From contig CAVOHZ010000006.1 in NCBI GenBank assembly GCA_963695855.1, positions 64,001-128,000 of the forward strand: 64,000 nucleotides of DNA, given 5' to 3'. How positions within the stretch are numbered: the first letter of the stretch is position 1; each line of letters starts with the position of its first letter. The notes below the pieces were generated by a model, which did not search any database, was not told the DNA's origin, and saw only the letters and a program-made list of their open reading frames with translations. Of this stretch, positions 11,549 through 22,384 are shown in pieces. This stretch comes from an uncultured Nitrososphaerales archaeon. GTDB lineage: Archaea; Thermoproteota; Nitrososphaeria; Nitrososphaerales; Nitrososphaeraceae. Made by a program: the position numbers and the translations under genes.

Positions 11549-12375
11549 TTGATAATAAAATTTCATATGAGAGAGTTCTATGCGGTATTTTTTATTCTTT
11601 CACTTGTTTCAATTATTCTTTTTCCTTTATCACTTCAATTTGTATTCGCGCAGAAAAAAAATGAGGCTAATACATTTCCAGTAATAACTAATATTGGATT
11701 GGAAAATATCGAGAAAAAGGGTATCATTCGTGTGGTAGCATTTATCAGTCGACAACCTTTTACTCAAGACATTCAACTATCAGGAATTAAAATTCAACAA
11801 AAGATATTGCAGTAACGTTCAATGTTGAAAAGGAGACCGATCTTGTAACCGCCGCTCCGCCTGATGAGCTTTTTATCTGTGCATATCATGTTAAGGATAT
11901 CTTAACAGAGTACAATTCCTTTATTTATTATGATTGTAACGAATGAGATCTATTATCCACAGACGGATTATTTAGGAATTTTGATGTTTATGATAAAAGC
12001 AACGTCCTTTATGATCTATCTCAAAAATCTATTCCTGATCCAAAACAAAAGAACTCCTATAAAGTCCTTATCAAAGTAATTGTTCCTCTATCAGATAGAA
12101 AAGATACTGAAAAATTGATGGTAATGGCCATGATAAAAGGACAGATACAAACAGAAATGATGGATGTTCAACAGGAACTAGACAAATCAAAAGATTATAC
12201 CCTTACCAAGGTGTTTGCGTTCAATAAAAAAACAGACATAGGCGCAATAAATATATTAGACAAATTTTTTGCTTGTGTCTCAAATGAAGATCTAGATCCA
12301 TCCGAAGGTACGGAATGTGAAAAAAGGAAGGTTAAAACATTTGGCACGCCATCAAATCCGCTACCTACACGTTAA
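11549..12375 (+). pseudogene. Fragmented secreted protein, paralogue of 55514..56503
   Basis: Pieces IRVVAFI / PPDELFICAY..YDCNE* / KVIVPL..VMAMIKG..FAFNKKTDIG..FFACVS..TECEK line up in order with the 329-aa protein; frameshift near 11800 and TGA near 11944. Confidence 0.75.
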
Positions 12376-12625
12376 ATAAAAAAATTCACTCCGTTTCTAG
12401 AATTTTAAAGTTATTTTGAAGATTTATTATTCTTTATCAATTATATATGCAATTTTCATTCATTTCTTAAATTTCATTTTCTGGCTCTAACAAATATGCT
12501 CTTTGGAATCTGTAATTTTTCCGATGTTCAGTTGCGTCATCATCAACTTAGGAAAATAGTTACAATATTATATTATAGAGAAATCGAGTATAATCTTAAT
12601 ATTTATGTAAATCCGAGTTTATTCT

Positions 12626-13855
12626 ATGAAATCACATAAGGTTGTATTTTCATTTTTGTTGGTTATAACGATTAGTATAGTGTATGCTTCATTATTAAAT
12701 AATTTTCCTAAAGTTTATTCACAGGTTTTTGAAATAGACGAAAATGATTACTTTGAGTTTGACGATACAACCTCAAATACAAATGATCCATCAGAAGAAT
12801 TTGCGAAAAAAGGAAGCTCAGATGGAGATGGAAATCAAAATGAAGATAAAAAAGGTAATGATGATAAAAAATCAAATGATGATAAAAAATCAAAGAAAAA
12901 AAGTAAAAAAATATCCGAAGATGATCCTGCGTCCTATTCTACCTCGCAATACTCGGGAAAATATGATATTAAAGATGTACAACAACATTACGTTCAAGAA
13001 TATTATTTGGATGGTACCTACATTTCAAGCTGGGGATCAAGGGGGACAGGTGATGGTCAATTTTTACATCCGCATAACTTAGCGGTAGATTCTAAAGGGA
13101 ATACGTATGTAACCGATGAGCAGCGAAGCGATGTTCAAAAATTCGATTCAAAAGGTAATTTTTTGCTTTCTTGGGGACAACCAAAAGATGAAAACCTCTT
13201 CTCTCACAAAATGGAGGATGTGAAAGTTGATGTAGATGACAATGTTTGGGTTGTTGACTGGGGAGTGGGAAAAGTATACAAGTTTGATCCAAATGGAAAA
13301 CTTCTCATGAGTGTTGGAAAGAAAGGGAATTCAGAAGGTGCATTTAATAGAATATGGGGAGTTGCCTTCGATTCAGATAAAAATATCTATACCTCTGAAA
13401 AAATGTCTTATCGTATTCAAAAATTTGATCCAGAAGGTAATTTCATCAAAACATGGGGTACTTTTGGGGAAGGAAACTCACAATTTAGACATCTTCATGC
13501 AATCGCAGTTGATTCTAAAGATGATGTGTATATAGATGATGAAGACAACGGTAATGTCCAAAAATTTACCAAAGATGGTAAATTTATAACTAGTTGGGGT
13601 TCTGTCGGTAAAGCAGAAGGTCAGTTCGACGAACCACATGGAATTGATTTTGACTCTAAAGGAAATGTATATGTAGTAGATACACAAAATCATAGAGTCC
13701 AAGTCTTTACGCCTGACGGAGAATATATTCGAAGTTTCGGTGTGAAAGGTGCAGCTGAAGGCGACTTCCTTTTAATTCATGATATCGACATCGATGACAA
13801 CGATATAGTTCATATATTGGATAGTAGAGATGCACACCCGAATAAGATCAATTGA
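12626..13855 (+). CDS. Secreted NHL-repeat beta-propeller protein
   Basis: Signal peptide, D/K-rich linker, repeated WGxxGxGxGQFxxPHxxAVDSKGNxYV. Confidence 0.9.
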   Translation: MKSHKVVFSFLLVITISIVYASLLNNFPKVYSQVFEIDENDYFEFDDTTSNTNDPSEEFAKKGSSDGDGNQNEDKKGNDDKKSNDDKKSKKKSKKISEDDPASYSTSQYSGKYDIKDVQQHYVQEYYLDGTYISSWGSRGTGDGQFLHPHNLAVDSKGNTYVTDEQRSDVQKFDSKGNFLLSWGQPKDENLFSHKMEDVKVDVDDNVWVVDWGVGKVYKFDPNGKLLMSVGKKGNSEGAFNRIWGVAFDSDKNIYTSEKMSYRIQKFDPEGNFIKTWGTFGEGNSQFRHLHAIAVDSKDDVYIDDEDNGNVQKFTKDGKFITSWGSVGKAEGQFDEPHGIDFDSKGNVYVVDTQNHRVQVFTPDGEYIRSFGVKGAAEGDFLLIHDIDIDDNDIVHILDSRDAHPNKIN

Positions 13856-14023
13856 TCTTTAGTGACGTTATATCAATTAAAGTGAAGAAATAAAATTACT
13901 TCCTTAAATTATCATTTGGCGTCAAGAAATTGAGGCAAGATTGAGAAACATTTTAAAACAGTATTTGAAGTTTCATAATAATTTAGCATCAATTAAAAAT
14001 AATTATTATCATTCAAAAGAGAG

Positions 14024-14761
14024 TTAACAATAGAAACTTCCCTTTATTTCACATACTAGATCTCTTACATCGCTATTAACATAACTTGAATCTCTTTTAG
14101 AGTCAAAATCATTTTGTAATTGTTTTATCTTATCTAGGATTTGTTCTTCATTTTCATTTAAAGTATTGAAATTTTCCAATAATATTACAGCTCTTTTGAA
14201 AAACTGTTGTGCATCTTGATACTCTAATAAATTAACAATTTTTCCTTCAAAGATAGATTCTGTATACTCATCCTCTGCCGAATTAATTAGTTCGGCGGTA
14301 ACATTTAAAATATATCCACTATTTGTCATTTTTTCAGCAGGTATTGTTTGTTCAAGTGAATTTTCTAATATTTTTGTTAACTTTGTTTTTTCATTGACGG
14401 CTTCATTAAGCGAATTTGAACCAATAGATGTTGCATAGCTCTTCAATTCATTAGACAATTCATTACTTAATGTGGAATTCGTTTGAATTAATCTTTCATT
14501 GATCGTTTCAAGAGTTTCTTCAATAGGATGTAACGCATGTGCAATTGCAAGCATGATATTGTTATTCTGTTTGTTTTCTACTGATGCGTTCAGATGTCCT
14601 ATCATTTGTTCGATATAGGAGTGAAACTCATAGTCGCTGAGCTTACTATTAATATTTTGTGCATGAACTATGTCATGTTCAAAAGGTGGATGATAAGTTA
14701 GCAATAATAATAAATATATACACATTAAGATTTCAAAATAATAACCTAATGTCATATCCAT
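14024..14761 (-). CDS. Exported helical hypothetical protein, possible metal-binding
   Basis: N-terminal TM; EQMIGHL...AHALHPIEE...EYQDAQ motifs. Confidence 0.55.
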   Translation of the reverse strand: MDMTLGYYFEILMCIYLLLLLTYHPPFEHDIVHAQNINSKLSDYEFHSYIEQMIGHLNASVENKQNNNIMLAIAHALHPIEETLETINERLIQTNSTLSNELSNELKSYATSIGSNSLNEAVNEKTKLTKILENSLEQTIPAEKMTNSGYILNVTAELINSAEDEYTESIFEGKIVNLLEYQDAQQFFKRAVILLENFNTLNENEEQILDKIKQLQNDFDSKRDSSYVNSDVRDLVCEIKGSFYC

Positions 14762-15080
14762 TAGTAATATATCTTCTATTATATTTATCCTATATTTTTT
14801 TCAAAATCAAGAATTATAGTGATTGATATTTTCATTTTCTATACTAAATTTTCTCATATTCTCTTTTCATATTAGATGTTAAAAAAAAACTGAAAGTGTA
14901 TCACTAGGTGAGTAAAGTATCGTGAAATATAATGAAATATCCTGCTCTCAATCGCATACATTATATGTTTGTCATTATGAAAAAATATTAGAAAGGAATT
15001 ACGGCAGATCTGTTAAGTTAAATAAAATACTTCTCACGTTTTCCGTGCCCTTTGTAAAAAAAATAAACAAGTGAAATACA

Positions 15081-16487
15081 ATGACAACAACATTTGATAA
15101 ATTAGGTATAGGTGCACCTATTATTCAAGCACTAAAAGAAATCGGATTCGACATCCCGTTTCCTATCCAACAAGCAGCCATTCCATTTTTGTTAAAGGGA
15201 GTTGATGTAGTTGGTCAGGCACATACAGGAACAGGTAAAACCGCAGCTTTTTCATTGCCAATATTGAGCAAGATAAAGAACAAGGGTCCAATACAGGCAC
15301 TGATAATTGTCCCTACAAGGGAATTAGCAATGCAAGTTACAACCGAGATCAACAAATTTGCAAAATATACTGGAATTAGAACTGTCTCTATTTATGGTGG
15401 ACAGAGTATTAATCTACAGTTTGATCATTTAAGAAGAGGAGTCCAGATATTAGTTGCGACTCCTGGTAGATTGATAGATCATATAAAACGAGGTACAATA
15501 AATCTAGAAGAAGTAAAATATGTTGTCCTAGATGAAGCAGATAGAATGCTTGATATGGGATTTATAAAAGATATTAAATTTATTCTCTTCTATGTTAATG
15601 AAGATAGGCAAACCTGTCTGTTCTCTGCTACTATGCCTCCTGAAATATTAAGACTTGCTGAAGACTATATGAAGGATTATGAAGAGATTAGACTTAACAA
15701 AGAAGAAATAAGTCTAGAGACCATAACTCAGTCATATTTAGTTGTAAAAGAAAATGAAAAATTCAAACATTTATGCAATTTCATCGAAGAAAGGGCTAGT
15801 GATCAGCAAACAATTATTTTTGTCTCTACGAAACAAAGAACACAGAGAATTTTAAATGATCTACAGGACTCTGGAATTAAGGCGATTACTATTCACGGTG
15901 ATTTATCTCAAAGACAACGAGATGATGCGATCTATAGGTTTAGGAAAGGAAAAGAGGATGTTCTCGTTGCTACTGACATTGTATCAAGAGGAATAGATGT
16001 CCCTGCAGTTGGTCATATAATAAACTATGATGTGCCAGAAGATCCATTGGTGTATTTCCATAGAATTGGAAGAACTGCAAGAGCAGGTGGAACTGGTACT
16101 GCTATATCTCTTGTATCGTCAGATAGGGTAGATGATTTTGGGCGTATACTTAGAAAAACTGAATTGCCAATTCGAAGACTCAATGAAGAGATGGGCCTCG
16201 AAGTTCCAGTAAGTCAACAACGTTCATTCCGTGGATATAATAACAGCTACAGATCTGGTTATGGAAACGGTAGAGGAAATAGGAGATTCGGAAGTTCCAC
16301 TAGATATGGTTATCATAATAGTAGATATAACCAAACGGAAGGTCGATATTCACGTGACCATAATTTTAAGAGATATGGATATAATGAAGATCATGATAGA
16401 TCTCATGATAAACATGTCATTCATAATGACGATAAACAGGAAAAACATGGTAACGGCGGAAGACGAGGCTACTACTCTTCCCGTTAA
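15081..16487 (+). CDS. DEAD-box RNA helicase (DeaD/CshA-like)
   Basis: GTGKT, PTRELA, TPGR, DEAD, SAT, HRIGRTAR; R/G/Y-rich C-terminal tail. Confidence 0.95.
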   Translation: MTTTFDKLGIGAPIIQALKEIGFDIPFPIQQAAIPFLLKGVDVVGQAHTGTGKTAAFSLPILSKIKNKGPIQALIIVPTRELAMQVTTEINKFAKYTGIRTVSIYGGQSINLQFDHLRRGVQILVATPGRLIDHIKRGTINLEEVKYVVLDEADRMLDMGFIKDIKFILFYVNEDRQTCLFSATMPPEILRLAEDYMKDYEEIRLNKEEISLETITQSYLVVKENEKFKHLCNFIEERASDQQTIIFVSTKQRTQRILNDLQDSGIKAITIHGDLSQRQRDDAIYRFRKGKEDVLVATDIVSRGIDVPAVGHIINYDVPEDPLVYFHRIGRTARAGGTGTAISLVSSDRVDDFGRILRKTELPIRRLNEEMGLEVPVSQQRSFRGYNNSYRSGYGNGRGNRRFGSSTRYGYHNSRYNQTEGRYSRDHNFKRYGYNEDHDRSHDKHVIHNDDKQEKHGNGGRRGYYSSR

Positions 16488-17038
16488 ATTCTATGTGATG
16501 AACTAATATCCTTCTAATTTTTTATTGAAAATTAAAGGAAAGATATCATAAAATTCTTCTATCATCTCAAATTCTTACTGCTAATATAGTTTTTTTAAGA
16601 TAATTTGTCTAGTATTCTGGATTATGAAATATTTTAATTCAATATCAATAGAGTTAATTTATAAAAGTTTCAATTCAAATGCATATGGGAGTTATACTGA
16701 CTTTGATTGTAAAAGTACTTCAAATTAACATCTCTAAAGATTAAAAATACTAGATCCATATTCTAAAAATATTCAGTATAGTCTGCCATTGGAGAAAACA
16801 TCCAAAATCCTTTATGCTCTGGGCGAAAAAGATCCAAACCAAACAAACTAGATATCAAATGAAAAAGCCTATCATGCAACAAAGTAGGTTTATAGTTCTG
16901 TCTGTATACTGTTAATACCAGATAAAAATGCCAAATAAATAATAAATTTAACCTTTCTGCTGTTTAATATATTTTTCAAATCTAATACTAATATGGAAAA
17001 ATTATTTGGGCAATCAAAAAAGAATTTGCCCACCTGAT

Positions 17039-17311
17039 TTATAATAAATTAAGCAATCTCAAATAGTTATCTGCTGCGACTCTGTGATAAATTGCTCCAA
17101 TGGTGTTTCCAGAATTAATATCCTTTTCCATATCATCTAATTCTTTATCAAGTTGTTGTTGATAATATTGTCTATTGTTCTCCTGTATCTCTTTCATATA
17201 TTCATCAGATTTTTTTACAAATTCATTCCAATCTTTTGAAATCTTACCCATTAATTCATTTTCTAACTTTCGTTTTCTTTCTAACCTGTTATTTAACCCC
17301 TTCTCAGTCAT
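17039..17311 (-). CDS. Hypothetical helical protein
   Basis: 90-aa ORF with ATG start. Confidence 0.5.
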   Translation of the reverse strand: MTEKGLNNRLERKRKLENELMGKISKDWNEFVKKSDEYMKEIQENNRQYYQQQLDKELDDMEKDINSGNTIGAIYHRVAADNYLRLLNLL

Positions 17312-17373
17312 GTAGTAATAATTTTATTTCTTTGTGATAAAGTTATCTATTTTTATAAAATTATTATTATATT

Positions 17374-18195
17374 TTAGTCTATTTCAAATAGTCTGCCATT
17401 TAGAAATCTTGATACGATTCTATTAAATTCCTGTGTTTTCTCTAGATGAGGATAATGACCACACTGATCAAATATTACAAGTCTCGAATTCGCAATTTGA
17501 AATTTTTTTGCATATCTTAGAGGCATTAGTTTATCATTTCTTCCCCAAATTATCAATGTAGGTGTATTAATATTTAGTCTATCAGTGAGCTGAGGATGAT
17601 TTTTAAGTGATATTAAAGTAGACATGAAAGCAAACTTTGAATTACTCAGATTCATCCTCTTAATAAAATCTTGGATTGAATCTTCTGTAATCATACGCGG
17701 ATCATACACCATCTCATAGTATGCTGTTGCCACATTATAGAACGTGGGATAGAGTGCAGCAGAAATATATTGGTTCAAAGATGGTGTTATATGATTCATC
17801 ATTCCAGCTGGCGATATTAAAACCAGTTTGTTTATATCTTTGGGAAATCTAATAGTATATTCTAACGCTAAAAGTCCCCCAAACGAGGAACCCATAAGAT
17901 GTAAATTATCAATCTCCATAATTTGAAGGAATCTTTGAATAAATTTTATAAAAAAATCCATATTGTATTCTGCATGAGGTTTATCACTGTACCCAAAACC
18001 AATTATATCTGGTACTAATAGTCGATAAAATTTAGATAAAAATGGTATTATTTCTGACCAGCGGTCTAATGATCCTCCCAAGCCATGGAGCAGAAGCAGT
18101 GTTGATTTTTTTGGATTGCTATTCTTTTTACCGGTGTCTAGGTATCTAATTGAATAATCATCAACTTTCATTGTCGCAATATCGCGGTCAATCAA
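17374..18195 (-). CDS. Alpha/beta hydrolase
   Basis: HGLGG, GFGYSD, GSSFGG nucleophile elbow, WGRND, CGHYPH. Confidence 0.9.
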   Translation of the reverse strand: MIDRDIATMKVDDYSIRYLDTGKKNSNPKKSTLLLLHGLGGSLDRWSEIIPFLSKFYRLLVPDIIGFGYSDKPHAEYNMDFFIKFIQRFLQIMEIDNLHLMGSSFGGLLALEYTIRFPKDINKLVLISPAGMMNHITPSLNQYISAALYPTFYNVATAYYEMVYDPRMITEDSIQDFIKRMNLSNSKFAFMSTLISLKNHPQLTDRLNINTPTLIIWGRNDKLMPLRYAKKFQIANSRLVIFDQCGHYPHLEKTQEFNRIVSRFLNGRLFEID

Positions 18196-18493
18196 ACTAT
18201 AGAACTGATATCAGAACATCTAGTATTTTATCCATTTGAAATAAGTATTAGTGAATATCGGGATTTTTCTGCTTCTTGATTAATTTTTCTAAATTGTTGT
18301 CTTATTTTTTCAAATAGTTAATATAATCTTATTATAATGGACTAATTAAATTATTGAAATGTCTATAACATGTATATTTGAGACCCATTAACAAAAAAAT
18401 TGGTAAGTAAAAATAAACATTTAGCTTGATTTTTTCTTATCGATTTACTAAATATATATATATTTTGTTATTAGTTAATTATATTGAACTAAT

Positions 18494-18982
18494 ATGACTA
18501 ATTGGAATGAAAAAGATGAAAATCGCAAAGCTGGAAATGAACCAGGTCAGTCTACAGCAAGTCAGAGATCTGAGCTATATGACTCGATAAGAGATAATAC
18601 AAATAAGATCATGAATGAAATTGCTAAAACTCAACCTGTGTACATACAATCAATCTCCAATCTTCAAATGGAGTGCATAGAATCTACTAAAGGAGTAGTA
18701 AATACTTATACTACCATTCAAAAACAATTATCAGATTGTTACAATATAAATCCTGTGACTGGGGTTACAAAACAATTCGTAAAACATGGCAATGAATTTA
18801 CAAATAACGTTATAGAATTTAATAATATTAACAACAGATTAGTTTTAAATTTATTGAATATTACAAGCGATAGTATCAAAAACTACACGAAGACATTAGA
18901 TACATTTGTAAAATTCAATACGAATATTTTTGAACAATGGCTTTCGATCTTTAAAAATTTTAAAGTATTTAATAGACCATAA
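18494..18982 (+). CDS. Amphipathic helical N/Q-rich protein, candidate phasin
   Basis: Helical composition, resemblance to 28050..28715, location upstream of phaEC; function is inference. Confidence 0.5.
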   Translation: MTNWNEKDENRKAGNEPGQSTASQRSELYDSIRDNTNKIMNEIAKTQPVYIQSISNLQMECIESTKGVVNTYTTIQKQLSDCYNINPVTGVTKQFVKHGNEFTNNVIEFNNINNRLVLNLLNITSDSIKNYTKTLDTFVKFNTNIFEQWLSIFKNFKVFNRP

Positions 18983-19152
18983 TCTTTTTTTTGAAAAGGT
19001 TTATAAAGAATAACACTAGAAATTTTTTAAAAATATTATTAGAATTGTGATTGATCTTTTATTATATTACACATTCTTCAATGCCTACCTCATAGCTTTG
19101 AAATAACATAGTAAGACTTTTTTATTTGGTTAAAGATTGTTGAATAATAATA

Positions 19153-19545
19153 ATGGTACCTTATGAATTCATTTATTCATTTACAAAGACTATGATGGGG
19201 ATAGATAATTCTGTCAGATGGGTTTGCGTGACAGATAAACAAGGCACATTAATTAATGAGAGATATCGTGAAGGAATAAAGCTCCTTATGACTGAGGAAG
19301 AAAATGAAGAATACGCTTCCAACGCGATTTCAAGACAACGTACAAGGATGAAATTCGAACCAAAAATAGGAAAATTAATTTATGCTTTAGGAAAATACGA
19401 AAATGTCATTCGAGCTACGATTCCAATAAATGAAGACTACTATTTGTTATTAACTATTGATAGGGAAGCAAGTAATATTGACAGGATACTCATGACTAAG
19501 GTTATTCCAATGATATCTGAGCTAAGGAATAAATTTACTCCATGA
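19153..19545 (+). CDS. Thaumarchaeal DUF6659-like (roadblock/longin-like) protein
   Basis: SVRWVCVTDKQG...YREG...IGKLIYALGKYENVIRATIP. Confidence 0.65.
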   Translation: MVPYEFIYSFTKTMMGIDNSVRWVCVTDKQGTLINERYREGIKLLMTEEENEEYASNAISRQRTRMKFEPKIGKLIYALGKYENVIRATIPINEDYYLLLTIDREASNIDRILMTKVIPMISELRNKFTP

Positions 19546-19736
19546 TGCAATTGATAACATCATATTTTCATATTTAGTAGATATTGTAATTCAAGCAAAG
19601 ATGGAAAATTTATCTGTCAAAAATAGGTTGTAGCGAATATGAAAATTCAGGGTTATCAATTTTCACATATATAACATTCATTTTCTGCGATTTAAATACT
19701 AATAAATAAATAATCTTCTCCTCCATATTATAATTA

Positions 19737-19865
19737 ATGAATTATGATTATGAAGGAGGAACATTACGCTGCAAGATATGTGCAATGGAATTCGTTACAA
19801 AGAAGGAGGCTGAGGAACATTATAAAAAATCCCATGCTGATAAAGTAACTGCTGTGGGAGAGTAA
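19737..19865 (+). CDS. C2H2 zinc-finger micro-protein (42 aa)
   Basis: MNYDYEGGTLRCKICAMEFVTKKEAEEHYKKSHADKVTAVGE*; Cx2Cx12Hx4H; below the ORF-track cutoff. Confidence 0.75.
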   Translation: MNYDYEGGTLRCKICAMEFVTKKEAEEHYKKSHADKVTAVGE

Positions 19866-20049
19866 GAAAAAAATTATAATCTATCATTCTAATAAAATAC
19901 ATTTTGTCTGTTCCCTATGATAATAGGCTAACTTTATTCCGTGAACTAGATAAAAAAATATAAATTAACAATAAAAAAAGCATAATAAAGACTAAATTTA
20001 AATAATAAAAGATATATATTTTTTTATATAATCATAATTAACTGGTAAT

Positions 20050-20628
20050 ATGCAAATGGCTTCTGATCAAGAATTTAATAAAAAGTATGAGGAATTGATA
20101 AATAGTTACAATACTATATGGAAAGATTTTTTAAAATTACCTATGGCTGGTAAAAGTAATCAATTTATTCGTACATTTGAAGAAAATCAAAAAATGTTTC
20201 AGGATTTACTCTCACTTTGTTCAAGATTTCAATCTAATATTCTTAATTATTTCATTCAAGTAAATCAAACATATGTGAAATCTATCGCCGAATTGCAATC
20301 TAAAAAACCTGAATTGCCTGATTTTCAGTCAGAAGAAGAGGTTAAAAAGTATAAAAATTTGACAATAGATGTGTTTGAGAAATATTTTACACAGCTATTT
20401 CAATCTAAGGAATTTTCTGTTACCACTTCCGAGCTGCTTTCTAATTATTCTTCCTTCACACATATATTGGGAAAAGCATACGATAATTATTTTAAATTAT
20501 TAAACTTACCTAACAGAGATGAGATAGACATGATCTTAAAGGATATGCAGGATTTAAAAAGAGAGGTATACAAATTGCGCAAAAATTTAGATTTAATAAT
20601 GAGTGAAGAGAAACTTGTCGTTAAATAA
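20050..20628 (+). CDS. phaE: PHA synthase subunit PhaE
   Basis: LNLPNRDEIDMILKDMQDLKREV C-terminal motif; overlaps phaC. Confidence 0.8.
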   Translation: MQMASDQEFNKKYEELINSYNTIWKDFLKLPMAGKSNQFIRTFEENQKMFQDLLSLCSRFQSNILNYFIQVNQTYVKSIAELQSKKPELPDFQSEEEVKKYKNLTIDVFEKYFTQLFQSKEFSVTTSELLSNYSSFTHILGKAYDNYFKLLNLPNRDEIDMILKDMQDLKREVYKLRKNLDLIMSEEKLVVK

Positions 20629-21769
20629 AGTTACCACTTCTAAAGAACCTGAAATTAAGGTTAAGGAATTATCACCTTCTAATCAAAAGATTGACGATAC
20701 TTCTTCACGGAGCCCCGGCATTTTGGGTGATGGTGAAACAAACAACGATGTGGTAACAAAAATGAAAAAGATAATAGAAGCATATCAAAAATCCATGTCC
20801 CTAGAAGTTGGTTCAACTCCTCATGATGTCGTGAAAGAGACCAGATTATATAGATTGTTACATTATAAAAGTACATTTGATGTACCTATAAGGCCCCCCG
20901 TGCTAATTGTCTATGCCCTGATAAACAGGTCTTATATACTTGACTTGCAACAGGATAAAAGTTGGATAGGAAATCTGGTGAGACAGGGATTCGATGTATA
21001 TCTTATAGATTGGAAGGCTCCTTCTTTAAATGACAAATATGTTTCATTCGATGACTATGTGAATGTTTTTATTGACGATTGTATAGAGTTCATTCGAAAT
21101 AAGAGCTCCGCGGAAAAAATAACGCTACATGGATATTGTATGGGTGCATCCATGTCTGCCATGTATTGTTCTTTGCATCAACACAAAATCAAGAATCTAA
21201 TAACCCTTGCTCCAGTTATAGATACTAGTAAAGACAATACGGTGATCAGTAATTTTGCAAAACATTTGGACATTGAAAACATAATAGATTCTATGGGTAA
21301 TATGCCACCAGAATTACTTCAAACATGTTTTTCTGCATTAAAACCATTTAAACAGGGCGTAAACAAGTATTTTTCGCTTTATGAACATATCAACGACAAA
21401 AGATTTATTGAAAACTTCCTTAGAATTGAGAGATGGTTATCTGATATACCTCCAATAGCTGGAGAAGCTTTTAAACAATGGATTAAAGATATATATCAAG
21501 AAAATCTCCTAGTAAAAAATGAAATGAAATTGGGTAGCGACCTCGTAAATTTATCCAGAATCACTGTTCCTTTTCTTAATCTCGTTGCAAATGAGGACCA
21601 TCTAGTATTTCCTGATGGAAGTGCAGAATTAAATAATCTCGTATCTAGTCAGGATAATAGGATAATGAGGTTTCCTACTGGTCACGTTGGTTTAATTGCA
21701 AGTAGTTATTCGCAAATGAATGTATTGCCAAAAGCCGGAAGATGGTTATTCTTGCGTTCTGATGTATAA
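20603..21769 (+). CDS. phaC: Class III poly(hydroxyalkanoate) synthase PhaC
   Basis: PVLIVYALINRSYILDLQ, GFDVYLIDW, GYCMG catalytic Cys box, DHLV, TGHVG. Confidence 0.95.
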   Translation: MKRNLSLNKVTTSKEPEIKVKELSPSNQKIDDTSSRSPGILGDGETNNDVVTKMKKIIEAYQKSMSLEVGSTPHDVVKETRLYRLLHYKSTFDVPIRPPVLIVYALINRSYILDLQQDKSWIGNLVRQGFDVYLIDWKAPSLNDKYVSFDDYVNVFIDDCIEFIRNKSSAEKITLHGYCMGASMSAMYCSLHQHKIKNLITLAPVIDTSKDNTVISNFAKHLDIENIIDSMGNMPPELLQTCFSALKPFKQGVNKYFSLYEHINDKRFIENFLRIERWLSDIPPIAGEAFKQWIKDIYQENLLVKNEMKLGSDLVNLSRITVPFLNLVANEDHLVFPDGSAELNNLVSSQDNRIMRFPTGHVGLIASSYSQMNVLPKAGRWLFLRSDV

Positions 21770-21875
21770 CAATAGTTTGTATAGTTGGAATAATTCAGAA
21801 TAACACGTTTTATGATTAGTTCATTAAAACAATCAAATATCGTTTATATGAATTAATCGTCATTGCTAAAATAGA

Positions 21876-22217
21876 TTGCATTTATATAAAAAATTAACAT
21901 TAATAAATACAATACTTGGGTTATTCATTTCTATTCTTATACTAGTCACATATATTTTTATAAATTCTTTCATAGGTATTCCGATACTAGGACTATTTTT
22001 AGGAGGAACTATTGTGCAGGTTGTTATCTTGATTGCAATAAATTTTTCTGCTCTGTTCGTAATTCTATATTTTAGGAACACCAGAGTGATTGGCGTAGTT
22101 TTGATAATATGTGGAGTCATTGTATTTACGACAATAACTTTTTTAGGAATACCCAGTGTTGTGTTATTTGTTATTTCTGGTATTTTGGCATTAAGGCAAA
22201 AGAGTCTACATACATAA
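21876..22217 (+). CDS. Small 4-TM membrane protein
   Basis: Four hydrophobic segments. Confidence 0.6.
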   Translation: MHLYKKLTLINTILGLFISILILVTYIFINSFIGIPILGLFLGGTIVQVVILIAINFSALFVILYFRNTRVIGVVLIICGVIVFTTITFLGIPSVVLFVISGILALRQKSLHT

Positions 22218-22384
22218 TAAATTATCAAGACTTTCATCTCAAAAAATGGCAAAGAAAATTTTTTTTAATTAGAGGAGATGGATATGAAATAAAATAAAAT
22301 TATATTTCATTATGAAATACAAAAAGTAATGTTTAGAATTAAAATGATTAACATGGAAAGAATGAAAGTAAATCTATCTAGTTT

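Noticed and set aside
14990-15060. Structured leader or thermometer upstream of the DEAD-box helicase
   Set aside because: Only a weak imperfect pairing is visible; it cannot be supported without folding or conservation data.
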